From Spongospora subterranea f. sp. subterranea (Eukaryota): a stretch of DNA of 57,329 nucleotides. A program made the position numbers and the translations under genes. The notes beneath the pieces are model-generated. The model saw only the letters and a list, made by a program, of their open reading frames with translations, did not search any database and had not been told where the DNA came from. Of this stretch, positions 1 through 13,507 are shown piece after piece (the stretch's first letter is position 1; every line of letters begins with the position of its first letter). Location: positions 62,001 to 119,329 of the forward strand of contig JAUGWO010000071.1 in the NCBI GenBank assembly GCA_049724395.1. The letters run 5' to 3'.

Positions 1-262
1 ACTCAAATCGGAAATGTCTTTTTCCACATGTTTAGTATAAATACTGTTGTGTATTGGCAAATACTGACTTGCGAAAAACAGTAAAAAAAAATAAAGTTAG
101 TGGGGATTGGTTGGGGTTTCCGTACATACACTTGAATGTATATCCATACGGTATCCCAGTTGAATTCACATTACGGGTTTCCGCAATTCGCAGTTGTTCT
201 TTGGAACAGCAGTGCACTACTTCTTGGGTTATTTTTAGAATGTCATTGTTTGATCAATCGCG

Positions 263-934
263 TTCGTCGTTGGGTACTTCGAAGAGAAAGGGAGGTCTTC
301 TTCCAGTAATGCTGACCTCTATGAGCACCACACAAAGGCGTGACGACCTTTCCAAGACATACTGTAACTTTATGGTGGAATGTCGTCATTGTCGTCTGGC
401 CTTTGAAGAGTGTACGCTGGGGAACCACCCAAACAAAACATTACCAGGAGTACAGGCCTGACCGCATTCGAATTACTACTACTGAGGAATCTCAGACAGA
501 CCGAGGCAAAAGGCACTATTACTAGATCTTTCAAGCTTTTTCCGTACTGACGACTTTTGTACAGGAAATTAAGTCTTCCATTGAAGGCAGTAGCGCGATA
601 GCAATGTGCTAATCCCTTTCTGGTGTAGCCAATCCAAAGTCTCTGGAATCGACACGCTCTGGTGGAACTTCGGACATTGTATAGGTTGTGTCGCGTCTGG
701 ATTGCTATAGGAGTTTTTATATGGGGATGAGGGGATGGCAGTCAATGGGAGACTTCATTTCCTGTACAAAGGTTGCGGGTAGTTCCCAGCTTACACTCTT
801 CGAAGGCCAGACGACATTCCACCATGAAGTTACAGTATTTATTCGGAAGGTCGTCACGTCTTGTGTAGTGCTAATAGACGGCAGCATTACTGGAAGAAGT
901 ACCTCGCTTTCTCTTCGAAGTACCCAACGACGAA
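263..934. repeat. Diverged inverted repeat: arms 263-430/777-934, plus inner pair 557-584/742-769
   Basis: Direct reverse-complement match, e.g. TCGTCGTTGGGTACTTCGAAGAGAAAG vs CTTTCTCTTCGAAGTACCCAACGACGA, with substitutions and indels. Confidence 0.9.
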
Positions 935-1120
935 GCGTTGGACGTCCTCAGTGGGTGGTTGGCATTGTTCGACCGCGGGTCGTACAGGATATGTTTTCCC
1001 CAGATATGGTGCTGATTGACGATATGTCGCAATGCCAACATTAACTGTCTGATATCGAGCGAATCGTACTGAAATGGTAAAACGATCGATTTTCATGTAT
1101 TCGCCATCAAATATGGGCAA
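263..1120. mobile_element. Degenerate Ty3/Gypsy-like pol relic (RT connection/RNase H region), present as an inverted pair
   Basis: Translations DVQRFVVGYFEEKARYF...TRRDD...ECRLAFEECKL resemble the RT thumb/connection pattern (xxRSFLG..YY...LT....W...C..AF..LK). The frames are broken by stops and frameshifts. Confidence 0.4.
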
Positions 1121-1805
1121 ATCAGCTATTACTCGTGTTCATCATGGCCGATGCGACTGCCATTTTGTCGCCCATCTTCCGTATCTGCCAGATCGATAAC
1201 AAATGGTAGACAGTACCATATCAATGAGCTCTTCGCACTCTAACAAGCAGTTTGACCTTGATACGAGCTTCACTAAATTGCCCTCTCGGTAAATATCGAT
1301 TCTGACCCAACTAGCAACAACACTATGTGCAATTTGCGCTAGAAAAAAACAGATACCTATTCCTGGGCAATTGAAATGTACCGAATCTCAAATGGACACG
1401 CGCCTCTTGGTATATCGGTAATGCATCAAACTACTGAAATGGTGACACTGGCGCCACTAATGTACCAGAACCTTGATCTTGATCACGAAACGGCGAGAAC
1501 GTTACGAACATCAGATGTCAACAGGGAACGGTATTGCAATTTCGCGTCTGCCTATATTAAATGGCGCGATTCGTTTTGGGGCCGAATGTGCACTGTCAAT
1601 ACGATTCACAACGATGATTATCAGCGCTATAAGAATCAACGCAGAAAGCATGATTAAGCACAAGGACGACGGCGATAAGAAAACACAGAAAAGCAGTTCT
1701 ATTAGACGATTCAAGCTCGGCACAACCTCATACGATGTGGGAAAATAGAGTTAATACATGGTCTATATCTGATTAGATTTGTTTTGACGTTGATTGTCTG
1801 CTTCA

Positions 1806-3176
1806 TCATGAGCTTAACGTCGTGGTCGAGCCCTGCTGATCGAATGAGGCCAGGTCATCCGACCAGCCACATAACTGAGCGAGCAGCGTCAGGCCGTCAT
1901 CACAATCCCCTTGCCAAAACACGTCGTTCGAGTGGCCGTGAGCGAAACGGAACCCGCGATCGGTGACGGAATCGTGAACCCCAACGAGATCTCGATTGAT
2001 CAGGACACGAAAACATGAGTCCGGAACCATATCAACCAGCGACGCAAATGGCTGCACGGTCAACGACGTTCCAATAACAAGAAGGAGATCGCATTCAGAT
2101 AGGTCTTCATAGATTGTCTCTCGAAACCTCGCTGGGAGTTGCTCCCCGAAGAAGACGACATTGGGTTTGACGAGACCGCCGCATAGCGAGCAATACGGCA
2201 CCTCGAACTGTTTCTCGATGATCCGGTCCACAGGATATGGCGATTTGCAATCGATACACGAGGCGGCACTGAAGGTCCCATGAGCTTCAACGAGCAGCTG
2301 GGGATCGATTCCGGCAAGACGTTCCAGCCCGTCGATGTTCTGCGTATAAATGCGGTGAACAATTCCTTTGTCTGCGAGCAGGCGAAGAACATGGTGTCCG
2401 ATCGTCGGAACGAACTTCCCGCTTCCGGGCCACAGTTCGCTGGCCAGCGTGTAGAACGGCTCTGGGCGTTTCCTGAAATATGTGATGTCGAAAACCGCCT
2501 CGGGACGTGGAAGTCCGAGATGGGCTAGGCGGTAATACAGGCCCGTTTCTGGCGAACGGAAATCGGGAATACCAGCGGATACGCTGATACCAGCGCCGCA
2601 AAGGATAATCACTTTCCGAAGACGACCTGAGGCAATCGCCGCCGATATCTCACGCAATTGACCCAGGGAATCTTTCGGCGCGGCTTCAACGCAAAGCTCG
2701 TCGAAACTCGTTAAACCAGACGGGTCCACGAACTCCAGCTCGAAGTTCAGGGCGCCTTCGGCCATGGACCGTAATTGCTGGACCGCAATCTCGACATCGG
2801 GCGCCGACGAATGAGACGACTGCATTGACCAGTCGGCCAGACCTGACAGAAATAATGCCACGGTCGTCGTCTGCAGTTCGGTCAGGAACCCGGCTGGAAT
2901 TTCAATACCGAGCGCTGGCAACTTGATTACACAGGAATCGGATCGCGTGAACCGGTATTGGAGACTTTTCTCGGTCAGAATGACATATACAGATTTGGAC
3001 ATATCTATGTGAGCGGAGATGTGCGCCTTTCGAAGAAAGCGTCTGTGGTTTGCGTTGAGCGATCTCAGGAGGTGGGTGTTGCCATCTCGCCCTCTACAAT
3101 ACTCCAAGGGTCCCTGGGTTAGTCTGAACCCCCTTGTGTCGATCAGTCCGTGTCCGCACCTCATATCACCGATCAA
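1806..3176 (-). CDS. Class I NAD-dependent sirtuin deacylase (SIRT2/Hst2-like) with an N-terminal ZPR1-like module; further 5' exons probably extend to about 3570
   Basis: Sirtuin motifs GAGISVSAGIPDFRS, TQNIDGLE, HG, CIDC..CSLC, KPNVVFFGE and GTSLTVQPFASL. Upstream RSDSCVIKLPALGIEIPAG...TTV...FELEFVDPSG matches the ZPR1 domain pattern. Confidence 0.92.
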   Translation of the reverse strand: MIGDMRCGHGLIDTRGFRLTQGPLEYCRGRDGNTHLLRSLNANHRRFLRKAHISAHIDMSKSVYVILTEKSLQYRFTRSDSCVIKLPALGIEIPAGFLTELQTTTVALFLSGLADWSMQSSHSSAPDVEIAVQQLRSMAEGALNFELEFVDPSGLTSFDELCVEAAPKDSLGQLREISAAIASGRLRKVIILCGAGISVSAGIPDFRSPETGLYYRLAHLGLPRPEAVFDITYFRKRPEPFYTLASELWPGSGKFVPTIGHHVLRLLADKGIVHRIYTQNIDGLERLAGIDPQLLVEAHGTFSAASCIDCKSPYPVDRIIEKQFEVPYCSLCGGLVKPNVVFFGEQLPARFRETIYEDLSECDLLLVIGTSLTVQPFASLVDMVPDSCFRVLINRDLVGVHDSVTDRGFRFAHGHSNDVFWQGDCDDGLTLLAQLCGWSDDLASFDQQGSTTTLSS

Positions 3177-4610
3177 CGAGTCGTTCAGGAAAAACCCTCA
3201 ACATGTTGAGCGTGAACGGGAAGACTTGCGTATTGTATTTCATAGGTTTCCTGGACGGACGAATAACTGCAGAGAAACATGTCCACGATATCCTGAGGTT
3301 CTGCAGCATTGTCCTAACAATTTGTATCATGCATGTTCTGTATGGAATGGCGATTACAATGACACTTTGATTTACGTCTGTCGGTGCGGTTTCTCGAATA
3401 ATGTTGAGGCAGGCGATTACGGTTTCACGAGAGGGCTCGCAACCCTGCAACTACTGCAGCTTCACCCACAGGTCTTTCCAGCACCATAACCATCTCGTTC
3501 AATCATTCCAATAGCTAAAGGCAGGCAATAACGCCGTTGTTTCACGTTGGCTGAACCAGTCGAATGACATTTGTTTTTCTTGGTCGGGAAATACATTTGG
3601 GGTGTCCAGCAGGGTGGACTCAATCAGGGGGCGCCTTAATCCCGAACTCGAAAGGGCTCAGCCAATGCTTGGCAACCTATCCAGGCGAGGACTAGGCGGG
3701 CAAGCACGTGGGGCGTACGATTTCGGATATCTTAACGTCATTCGCTGTTATCGGTGAAAGGTGAGGTGGCGATCGTGCTCCTAAGGCTCAGCTGTTGGGG
3801 CGCTCCATACAGTTATTTGTCAGAGCAGGGTTGTGTCCCAATGACGCCTGGCGACGCTGAGCGCTCTTAACAACATCAGAAGCTTCATTATTGTGTTTGG
3901 CATTACAGCTTGGCGACGAGATGAAAAACGGCAACTACTGTACTAGCGAAAAGCGGACAACGAGTCCGCTGCATCTCAACCTGGGTTTCGGCATCGACTT
4001 CCGAGTACCGCGACATTTTGTGCACAGGAAAATCAGAATGGTCAATCGATAAAACCTGGGAACAAGCGACAGGGCCGATCAAACTGCAGTAGCAGGATGG
4101 GTGTGAGCTTTGACCACGAGTAAAATTGTTTAGGGATATCTCTGATCAACCGCTGCTGGCGTTGCCAGAACAGCAAACATGAGTATTCGCTCCTGATTTG
4201 CTGGATACTCTGTCGCCCAAACCCGCAAGTCCAAAAGCTCAAGAAGATCACGTCAATCAAACTCATCATTTCGACAGCGGCTTGGAACACCGATCGACGG
4301 CGTCTATCACTTCCAGTACTAGAATGGATACGGCGTGAGCAATGAGCAGTTTAACTACCTCGGAAGGCCACCGATTATGGGCAGCGCAGGATCACAAATA
4401 ACCACCGCCATCGTGCATATGATCAGGATGTTCGTGGTTATCAGTCAGGAAAAACGCCCCCATGCACATTCCTCTATACGAGAAGTAATTGAATTTACAA
4501 GGCCGAACGAAGTGCGTTCATACTCAGTTGGTCTACTTGATCAGCAATCGTTCTGCTACAACTTGTTTTCACGATTTTCAGACAGGTCTGGCGGTCTCTC
4601 CCATACTCGA

Positions 4611-5357
4611 TCATCGGTTTATGCCCTCATGTCGAATGATCGGGGATAACGATTGTACTTGGCTCAGTAGGGATCGGATCTCTTCCTTATAAACCTCACA
4701 CTGACTTTGATAGGTGCGCTTCTCTGATCGCTCTCTGCTAAGGTCGTCCTGGATTCTGTCAATCATGGCCGGATCTGACGTATCCTCTAACTGATTCTCG
4801 AGCGCGATGACTTTCGCCATCAGCATGCTAACCTGACCTTCCTTCACATTCATTTCCGCTCTGAATTGCTTTTGCAGATCAACAAGTGCAATTGACAGCT
4901 GGTCGCGTTCCCGTTTGATCACGGCTAGAGCTTTGATATCGGCAATGCGCTTCTCCTCGTCATCGATAACCCTTCTTTTCTCAGCCGCTAATGCATCAGT
5001 GCGCTGTTGATGAAGCTGTTCTCTCGACTTGGACAATTCAGAACTCAATTGCGCCAGTGACGCTTTGGCGACGCCCAGCTGGTCAGTTAACCTCGTGATT
5101 TCATCATTGCTTGTCTTCAATTCAAGCTGTGATGCTTTCAGTTCGGAATCTCTACTCTCCATCAAAGCCGCCGCCTGCGACAGCCGCTCGATATTTCGTT
5201 CCTGCAGCATCAATTGCGATTCCGACGAATTTCGTATATGGTCGATTGCTTGGGACAGCTGTTTCCGCAAGGCGTTGATGACAGTCTCGACCCGAATCTG
5301 ATACTCAGCAATGCGATCATTGTAATCATTGCCAGATACGGGCATGATCGTGGCCAT
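4611..5357 (-). CDS. Coiled-coil protein of unknown function (may have upstream exons to about 5815)
   Basis: 248-aa ORF rich in E/Q/K/L with heptad character. Confidence 0.7.
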   Translation of the reverse strand: MATIMPVSGNDYNDRIAEYQIRVETVINALRKQLSQAIDHIRNSSESQLMLQERNIERLSQAAALMESRDSELKASQLELKTSNDEITRLTDQLGVAKASLAQLSSELSKSREQLHQQRTDALAAEKRRVIDDEEKRIADIKALAVIKRERDQLSIALVDLQKQFRAEMNVKEGQVSMLMAKVIALENQLEDTSDPAMIDRIQDDLSRERSEKRTYQSQCEVYKEEIRSLLSQVQSLSPIIRHEGINR

Positions 5358-5889
5358 CTCGTGCCCCCTGTCAATAGGTCAACCCGATAACTGTACTAGC
5401 TCAGCGATGAACAGATATCGATCGGTCGAGTACGTGATCGCAGGTCATTGTTCCCCGATATAGAGACGATGTACGACAATATTCACCTGAACAATGTGAA
5501 TATGCTCCACCGGTCCATAACATCGGAATCCAGTATCCAGCCCATTCGCGCCGCAAATCCACCTCACACTCCAATGTATTGCCATTTCTCCAAGACCGCC
5601 ATATTCGATGAATTCGGACGGCTTATCAACTGCAGAGCGCTAGATAATGTCGCAATTCCCGCCCTGATCGTATTCTCAAATGGAAAGGTATAACTAATAT
5701 TGGTTGATTGACAATGGCCAAACAAGTCATGGCGCTGCAGATTGGGCTCGGCACGCCAGTACCCGCTCAGAAACTGGACAATCGTGAAGGACCGCCTCGA
5801 CGGCGGAGTGGGCAAGTTTTAATGTTCGTCAATCCCCCTGCCGGTTCGTCACCCCATTCTCCTTTTTGGTATTTCGAAACCTGATGATC

Positions 5890-6343
5890 ATGTCAGATCG
5901 GAGTCATATCACCCGACCGGAACTGTTCGCCATTATCCTGTTGGCGATAAACAGCCTGATCATTGTGTATTTAAGCTATGATGAGATCCCCATCCCCGTT
6001 GGATTGGGGTCAATACATGGCCAAATGGATCCAATCATTGGTTCAGTTATCATGTTGATTGGATTAATATGTAAGAATGTTCAACGCCGATACATATCCA
6101 AAGAGAGTCATTTATCTAGAAATTACAGCCGTATTGAGCAAAGGACAGAATATACTAGCGGTATTCGTTGCAATCATGTCTGCTGTTTGCTGCTTCGACA
6201 TCTTCAAGACCGACGGCGACACAGTGGTGGTCTCATTCGTTCTAGTGCTACACGCCTGCATCCTGGGCGTGGCCAACCACATCCTACATTCTCGTATGGC
6301 AATCTGGGCCCCTGTCTTCCACGATTCTCGCTCCGCTTCATAG
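5890..6343 (+). CDS. Small multi-pass membrane protein, hypothetical (two exons, intron about 6041-6075)
   Basis: Hydrophobic segment LFAIILLAINSLIIVYL in one frame joins through a short GT..AG intron to a frame with two more hydrophobic segments. Confidence 0.5.
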
Positions 6344-6713
6344 CCACAGGGCGATGGGCTCAATGGCCGGGCCCAGATCCAGGCACAATCATCGTCAGGC
6401 GATGACCACTTTTAAAGAGTGAGACGAGTTCGGATGTTCCGGCAGCGAGGGCGACAGTGCGCAGCCCTTTAGTCAGGCCTCCCTCTCTGCCAAATGTGGC
6501 CCGCGCCGCAGTGTCTATGATAGACTGGAGCAAGGCAGCGCGCCCCGTGTGTAGGCTATAACCCATTAACGCCGTTATCATAATATACACTCTCACAGTC
6601 TGCCCCTTATCCCATATTTGCCGTTCACGTCATGGATCATGTTATGTAGTGTGTTAACGATCCGATAACGAAGCGAAGATCGTGGCGTCGCTAGAGGGTG
6701 CGCGGCATAACTC

Positions 6714-8407
<1,694 letters not shown>

Positions 8408-8839
8408 CCATCCGACTGCTTTTTTTGGAGCAACCCAACTGCCTCGATGTCAATTTTACTTCTAACTATATATATTGTCAAATGATAGCTGCCTGTATGT
8501 AATACGCTCGGTGTGAATGTAGTTAAGGGGAAGTGATGCCAATTCGGTAAACAGTTATTGGTGTAATCAAGACAGAGCAGAATCCGATAATTAATGTGAG
8601 AAGCGGGTCGGTGTCCTGCCCCCTGTTACTGTATAGGGGCTGGACCTGATATAAGAGAGGTGTGTAGCCGGAGAGCGCCGACGAGAGAGGATGCGCAATA
8701 ATTAGGGCAGATCGATCAGGAGAGGAGGGAGCGGCTACACCGCTAGCGATACAGTGTGGCAGGGCAGGGGACTGACCGACCACTTGGCGCCAACCGCCCT
8801 CGCCAGACATCAACCGACTCGGGATCAGCCATATGGCCT

Positions 8840-9912
8840 ATGGAGGCCTTCGGACCACATGACCAGCAGGAGATATCATGGCGTCATCTAGACAAACACC
8901 GACTGTTCGCCTGGCAGTTTGTTGTTTTCATGGGTATCCGTCTTGTGCTCTATCCCACGACCTTACTGAAGACGTTAGCTCAGTATCGCTCTCGAACCGC
9001 CAATTGGTAACTGATCATCGCTCAGGCATATTCAAGCTCGTCCATCGCTTCCATCGATCTCAGCCGTGTTTTCCTCCATATACGCGAAACACGGAATGGT
9101 CGGGTTATGGTCTGGATTCCCATCGTTAGGTAGAATATAAGGTGTACTTGGAATGATATTCTGACGGTTTCTCCTTTAGCTGTGGGACTAGTCCCATCTC
9201 AAATTGTATTCATGTCCGTTTATGAATCGGTTAAAGAGCGAATCGACGCCAAAGACCCTATTCGTTCGGGAATTGCTGGTGCCACTGCGTCATTGGCATC
9301 TCAAATTGTTATGGTGCCTGTTGACGTTGTTAGTCAATCAGTCCAGCTTCGCCATTCAAGCAGCGGTAATTTCCCGAGTTCGATCAGGTCATCTGAACTA
9401 AGTTGCCATTTTCAGTGTCGATGGCAAAAGAAATTGTTTCAAAAGAAGGTTTCAGAGGACTGTATAGAGGATTTTCAGCAAGTGCCGCTTTATATATTCC
9501 TTTTTCAGCAATATGGTGGGCGACATGTAAGATGACTCATTTTTTTAACATGGTTTGCTTGCTCATTGATTTATCAGATTCTGGCTGTCGTCGATTGGTA
9601 TATTCTCGGATGGACCGGGCGTTCCCATCTCCTTCGTCGCCGTTGTCGGTTACCGACCTTGTCCTGTCGTCATGCTGTGGAGTGGCAGCCGCAACAACCG
9701 CTGTCGTGTCGACCGCTCCACTTGATCTAATCAAGACCTTGAAACAGACGACAATGCCTGGGAAGTCTGCCCGCCAAATAGTTGCCGAACATCGTAGTAT
9801 TTCAGATCTATGGAGAGGGTGCCCGGCAAGGTTAATGGGAGCGCTCCCATTCAGCGTCTTCGGTATTGCCGGATATGAATTTATCAAGCGCATGGCCACT
9901 GTTGAACAATAA
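8840..9912 (+). CDS. Mitochondrial carrier family protein, SLC25A44-like (multi-exon)
   Basis: EISWRHLDK N-terminus and three carrier signatures: PTTLLKT, PVDVVSQ and PLDLIKT. Also GLYRGF and LWRG. Confidence 0.88.
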
Positions 9913-10074
9913 TTCTGACAAATGATTAGTATTATCAGCAGGCAGTGTCCCCAGCATTCATTGTGATGGATTGTGCTAGACAATACTTGTGTTGTTCGCA
10001 CAATGCAGATATATCTACCTAATATATTATCATTCATTGCTTAAATAATGAAGTTTTTGGTCTTCAACAATAAC

Positions 10075-13000
10075 TTAGTTTTCTTGCAGTCGTGATATAT
10101 TTCGTTGAATCCCATGGTCAATGTACTTTTTCCACCACGTCGTCAAAACTCGCCGCTTTATAATGATTCCTTCTTTGCAGATTCGCAGGATCCTGGCCTG
10201 TTCCTGGCTTTGCCTCCAACGGTGAAACACCTGATTATACTGTCGTAGGTCATTGAATATGCATGCATAGCGATCTTGGCGCCTTCTCAACAACAGCTCT
10301 TTCTGCACCCTGTCAAATCGAATCTTGGTCTGGTGTCGATCCTGGGCATACACAAGGGGCAGTGTATACCAATGCGCCAACGCCCGTTTCAAGGTCTCTG
10401 TCCGTTTCATCGTCGATTCCATCATTTTTGTGTAATTTTGCCAACAAACCATAGCCTCGTGTAGTGCTAGTTTGGCCCAATTCGAGACCAGGAGTCGAAT
10501 CAAATAGTGCCACTTCCAAACACGGAAACAACTACTCGTTTGACGTTTTTTACATGTTCTGATCGCGTTCCACAGTGATTTCATTGCTTGAAATGCTAGA
10601 AATACCAATTGATACCGTCGTCCCTGCTGAATTGTCAACGTATTTTTTCGCCACTGTCGTGCTTTTTTCCAAACGGCGAATGCCATTGTACTTGTTAATC
10701 TCGCATCGAGTTTCGCCTGGAGATCTAGACGCAATACAGCGTGGAATTCTCTTCTGTTGTGCACAATGCGGTGCCATTCCCTTATCCATAAAGCTTTCTT
10801 ACTAATCCGCATCGTGCTCGTCCATTTCTTCCAGATCCGTTCCATAATCACTCTTATCCGGTCATCACGGTATTCCTTTGATAATGCATACATTCGACAC
10901 AAACTGGCATAGAGACTAGTCATTTGCCGATAAGAAGAAAGTAGCAGGTTACGTCGTATGTGATGAATAAAGCGCCATCGCCTTATTATGGTCAAATACA
11001 GCTTTACCCTAGACTGATCGCGAAACTTGTTCAGATCAACGGATCGTTGGCAAACCTGTCGCCATCTGAAAAAAAGATTGCGCTTCCATATCTGAACAGA
11101 TATCAAACGGCGTCGCCAATAACGGAAACGCCATAGCAGACAGCGACGACGAGATAGTTGGCGATAAGTCATGTGCTGTTTGAGAAGGCCCTTCCATTCG
11201 TGAAAATGACGTTCACGAGCCCGAAATAGTGAATGAATTCGATATTGGCAAATCAATTTCAGTCGTTTCATTGTTCGTCTCCAAATCCGGAGCGTCGTCC
11301 GAATGATTGATGCGTTCTTCGCAGATTTGAAACGGAAAAGAGAACGTGATCGGGGAAATGATAATTCTCCAGACAGAAAGCGCCTTTCTCTGTTGGCATA
11401 TGCGATGATGGAGATGAGCTAGAGCCATAACCGCATCGTGTACCTCATCAGCATCTTCAATGATTGGAGAATCAATCATCAAAACACGATCCGCATCTTT
11501 CGAATCGATCGCTATCGGGGCAACGACGCTGATAGGTTTTGAATCTTTTAGTGATGAATTACACTCTTGCGGTATGGTTTCAGAGTTTCCATGACGCATC
11601 AATGGAAGCCGTTTCTGACTTTCTGAAACGTCTTGGGAAGTGCCTCCACAAATTTCTTGGCGTATTTGGGGCTTATGCTCCGAGTTCTGAACGATCTTCA
11701 GATTTAAATTCTGGTGTCGTTCCTGGAGCACTTTCGGGCTGTTTCTTTGCTCAGCTAGTTTCGGATTAACATCTTGATTTAGTGAACAATTTTCATCCTG
11801 ATATGATAGCGTGAGAGCACTATGTTTGTGGAAAGTGTTCTTGCCAACTAAATGCTCTTCCTTAGTCTGGGACAATGCACTGTTCCATCGGCTAAACCAA
11901 AACCTTGTCCTACGATTCCTTATGGTATCGGATTTGCCCCGAATGTTGAGCCTCCTGACTGCGAACGGTCTCCATCGCAATAGAGCTGAATGCTTTGCCC
12001 TTCTTGTTCTCCATCCATCAACCGCCCTAGCAATCAATCTGTCCTTCATACATTTGTCCCAAGCATCCGCCCAACCCTTGATCGATTTCCACAGCAAAAT
12101 CCGGCGATGTCTTAAAGAAGCTCGATACAGCCGGTCCTGGTATTGGAACGATTTCTGCCAAACGATCATAGCTGATGTGATGGATCGACTCCTTACGTAC
12201 AGGACCAGCTTGTACGCTAAACGCAAACCATGTAATCCTGATTGCAGAAGACATTTGTTGTAAAAATCTTGAGAAAATCGAATTTGCCGATTTAGGCGAT
12301 GCCAGTTGACCATATGGCGTCGACGTGATCGAACTCTTCGACGAAACTGAATCTTCCAAAGACCGATCAGCCGCGTCTTGGAGCGATTCTGAGCGTCCAG
12401 GACAAAGACCGAGACGCGCTGATGAAGTAAATGTGCGGAAATCCACGATTTCAGCGAACGAGCTGAACGATGACGATGACGGAAACGATCCGCTTTTCGG
12501 CTCATGAGTCGACGAATGTGAATCCAGGCAAACCAATAGCGGCGAACACAATTCGCGTTACGTAAAGAGAGCTGAACATGAATCATTTTGACGACTCGCG
12601 ATATCTGTGATAATGAACGGAGCAGAAGGGACCGGTTTCTAATTTGTCCAATCGACGCAAACTGTTGGCGACGACTGATTTGCAGAACTAGAAATGCAGT
12701 CATTCCTGTTCGAATACGCCTGGAGCGACAATGGTAATCGGCTCGATGAAGAGATATTTGAATGGTGAGCGTTACTTTCCAGTTCATCATGCGGGTTCGC
12801 AAGCAATGAAGCTCGCAAAGGGATCGAATTCGCCAGATGGCAAAGAGCCGATGGAGAAGACAAGGGGTTAACCGACGCAGGATTTTGACCACGTAATACT
12901 GCAATTTCCACCGATTGAAACTGTCATGAACTCGTCTACGATATGATTTGAGAATAAACCTGGACCTACTGGCCCAAGATTGAAACTGTGAACGAATTTG

Positions 13001-13117
13001 GCGTCTACAATGGTATTGATGTCTCCAAACAAATAAGCATTGATATCGTAAATGCCATTGACGGAAACCGGAAGCCGCCGATAATCTAGCATTGAATGAT
13101 TTGTCAACGCCATCCAT
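10075..13117 (-). CDS. Sfi1-like Trp-repeat (putative centrin-binding) protein; one CDS with an apparent frameshift at the G-run 11352-11355
   Basis: Dozens of basic F/L-x-x-W-R/K motifs across both ORFs (10075-11271 and 11213-13117). Removing one base in the homopolymer joins the frames as IISRSRSLFRF...TLRIWRRTMKRL. Confidence 0.7.
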
Positions 13118-13507
13118 TCAACAGCGATGCGCAGGAACCTTATCCCCGAGCATTTGCTACTGGAGAGCGACGGGTCGGGAACTGAATGGAGGCAATGGAA
13201 GGGTTAAAAAAGGGGGTGAAGCGCTGTGGCAATGGGGAAGGGGTGAAGAAGAGGGTGAAGCCTGTCGTGCCACAACACCTGAATGAGGGCAATGGGAAGG
13301 GGAGGGGTCAGACAGGGGGTCAACAGGGTGCGCCCTCTTGGTGTTACTGGTGTGTTGTAGTGTCAGTGACCTCAGTGAGGTTGACATGGTTGGGAGCAGA
13401 GGGTATGTATGACAATCAACGGTCACCGTCACCGACAGGACTACATCCTCAAATGACTAATCATCACAGCAACAAAATCGGCATTACTGTGTAGACGAAT
13501 ACGAGTT

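Noticed and set aside
1376..1748. Short overlapping plus-strand ORFs
   Set aside because: No motif or convincing splice model; a small gene cannot be excluded.
3019..3489. 156-aa plus-strand ORF
   Set aside because: It is antisense to the sirtuin gene's 5' region and has no recognisable motif.
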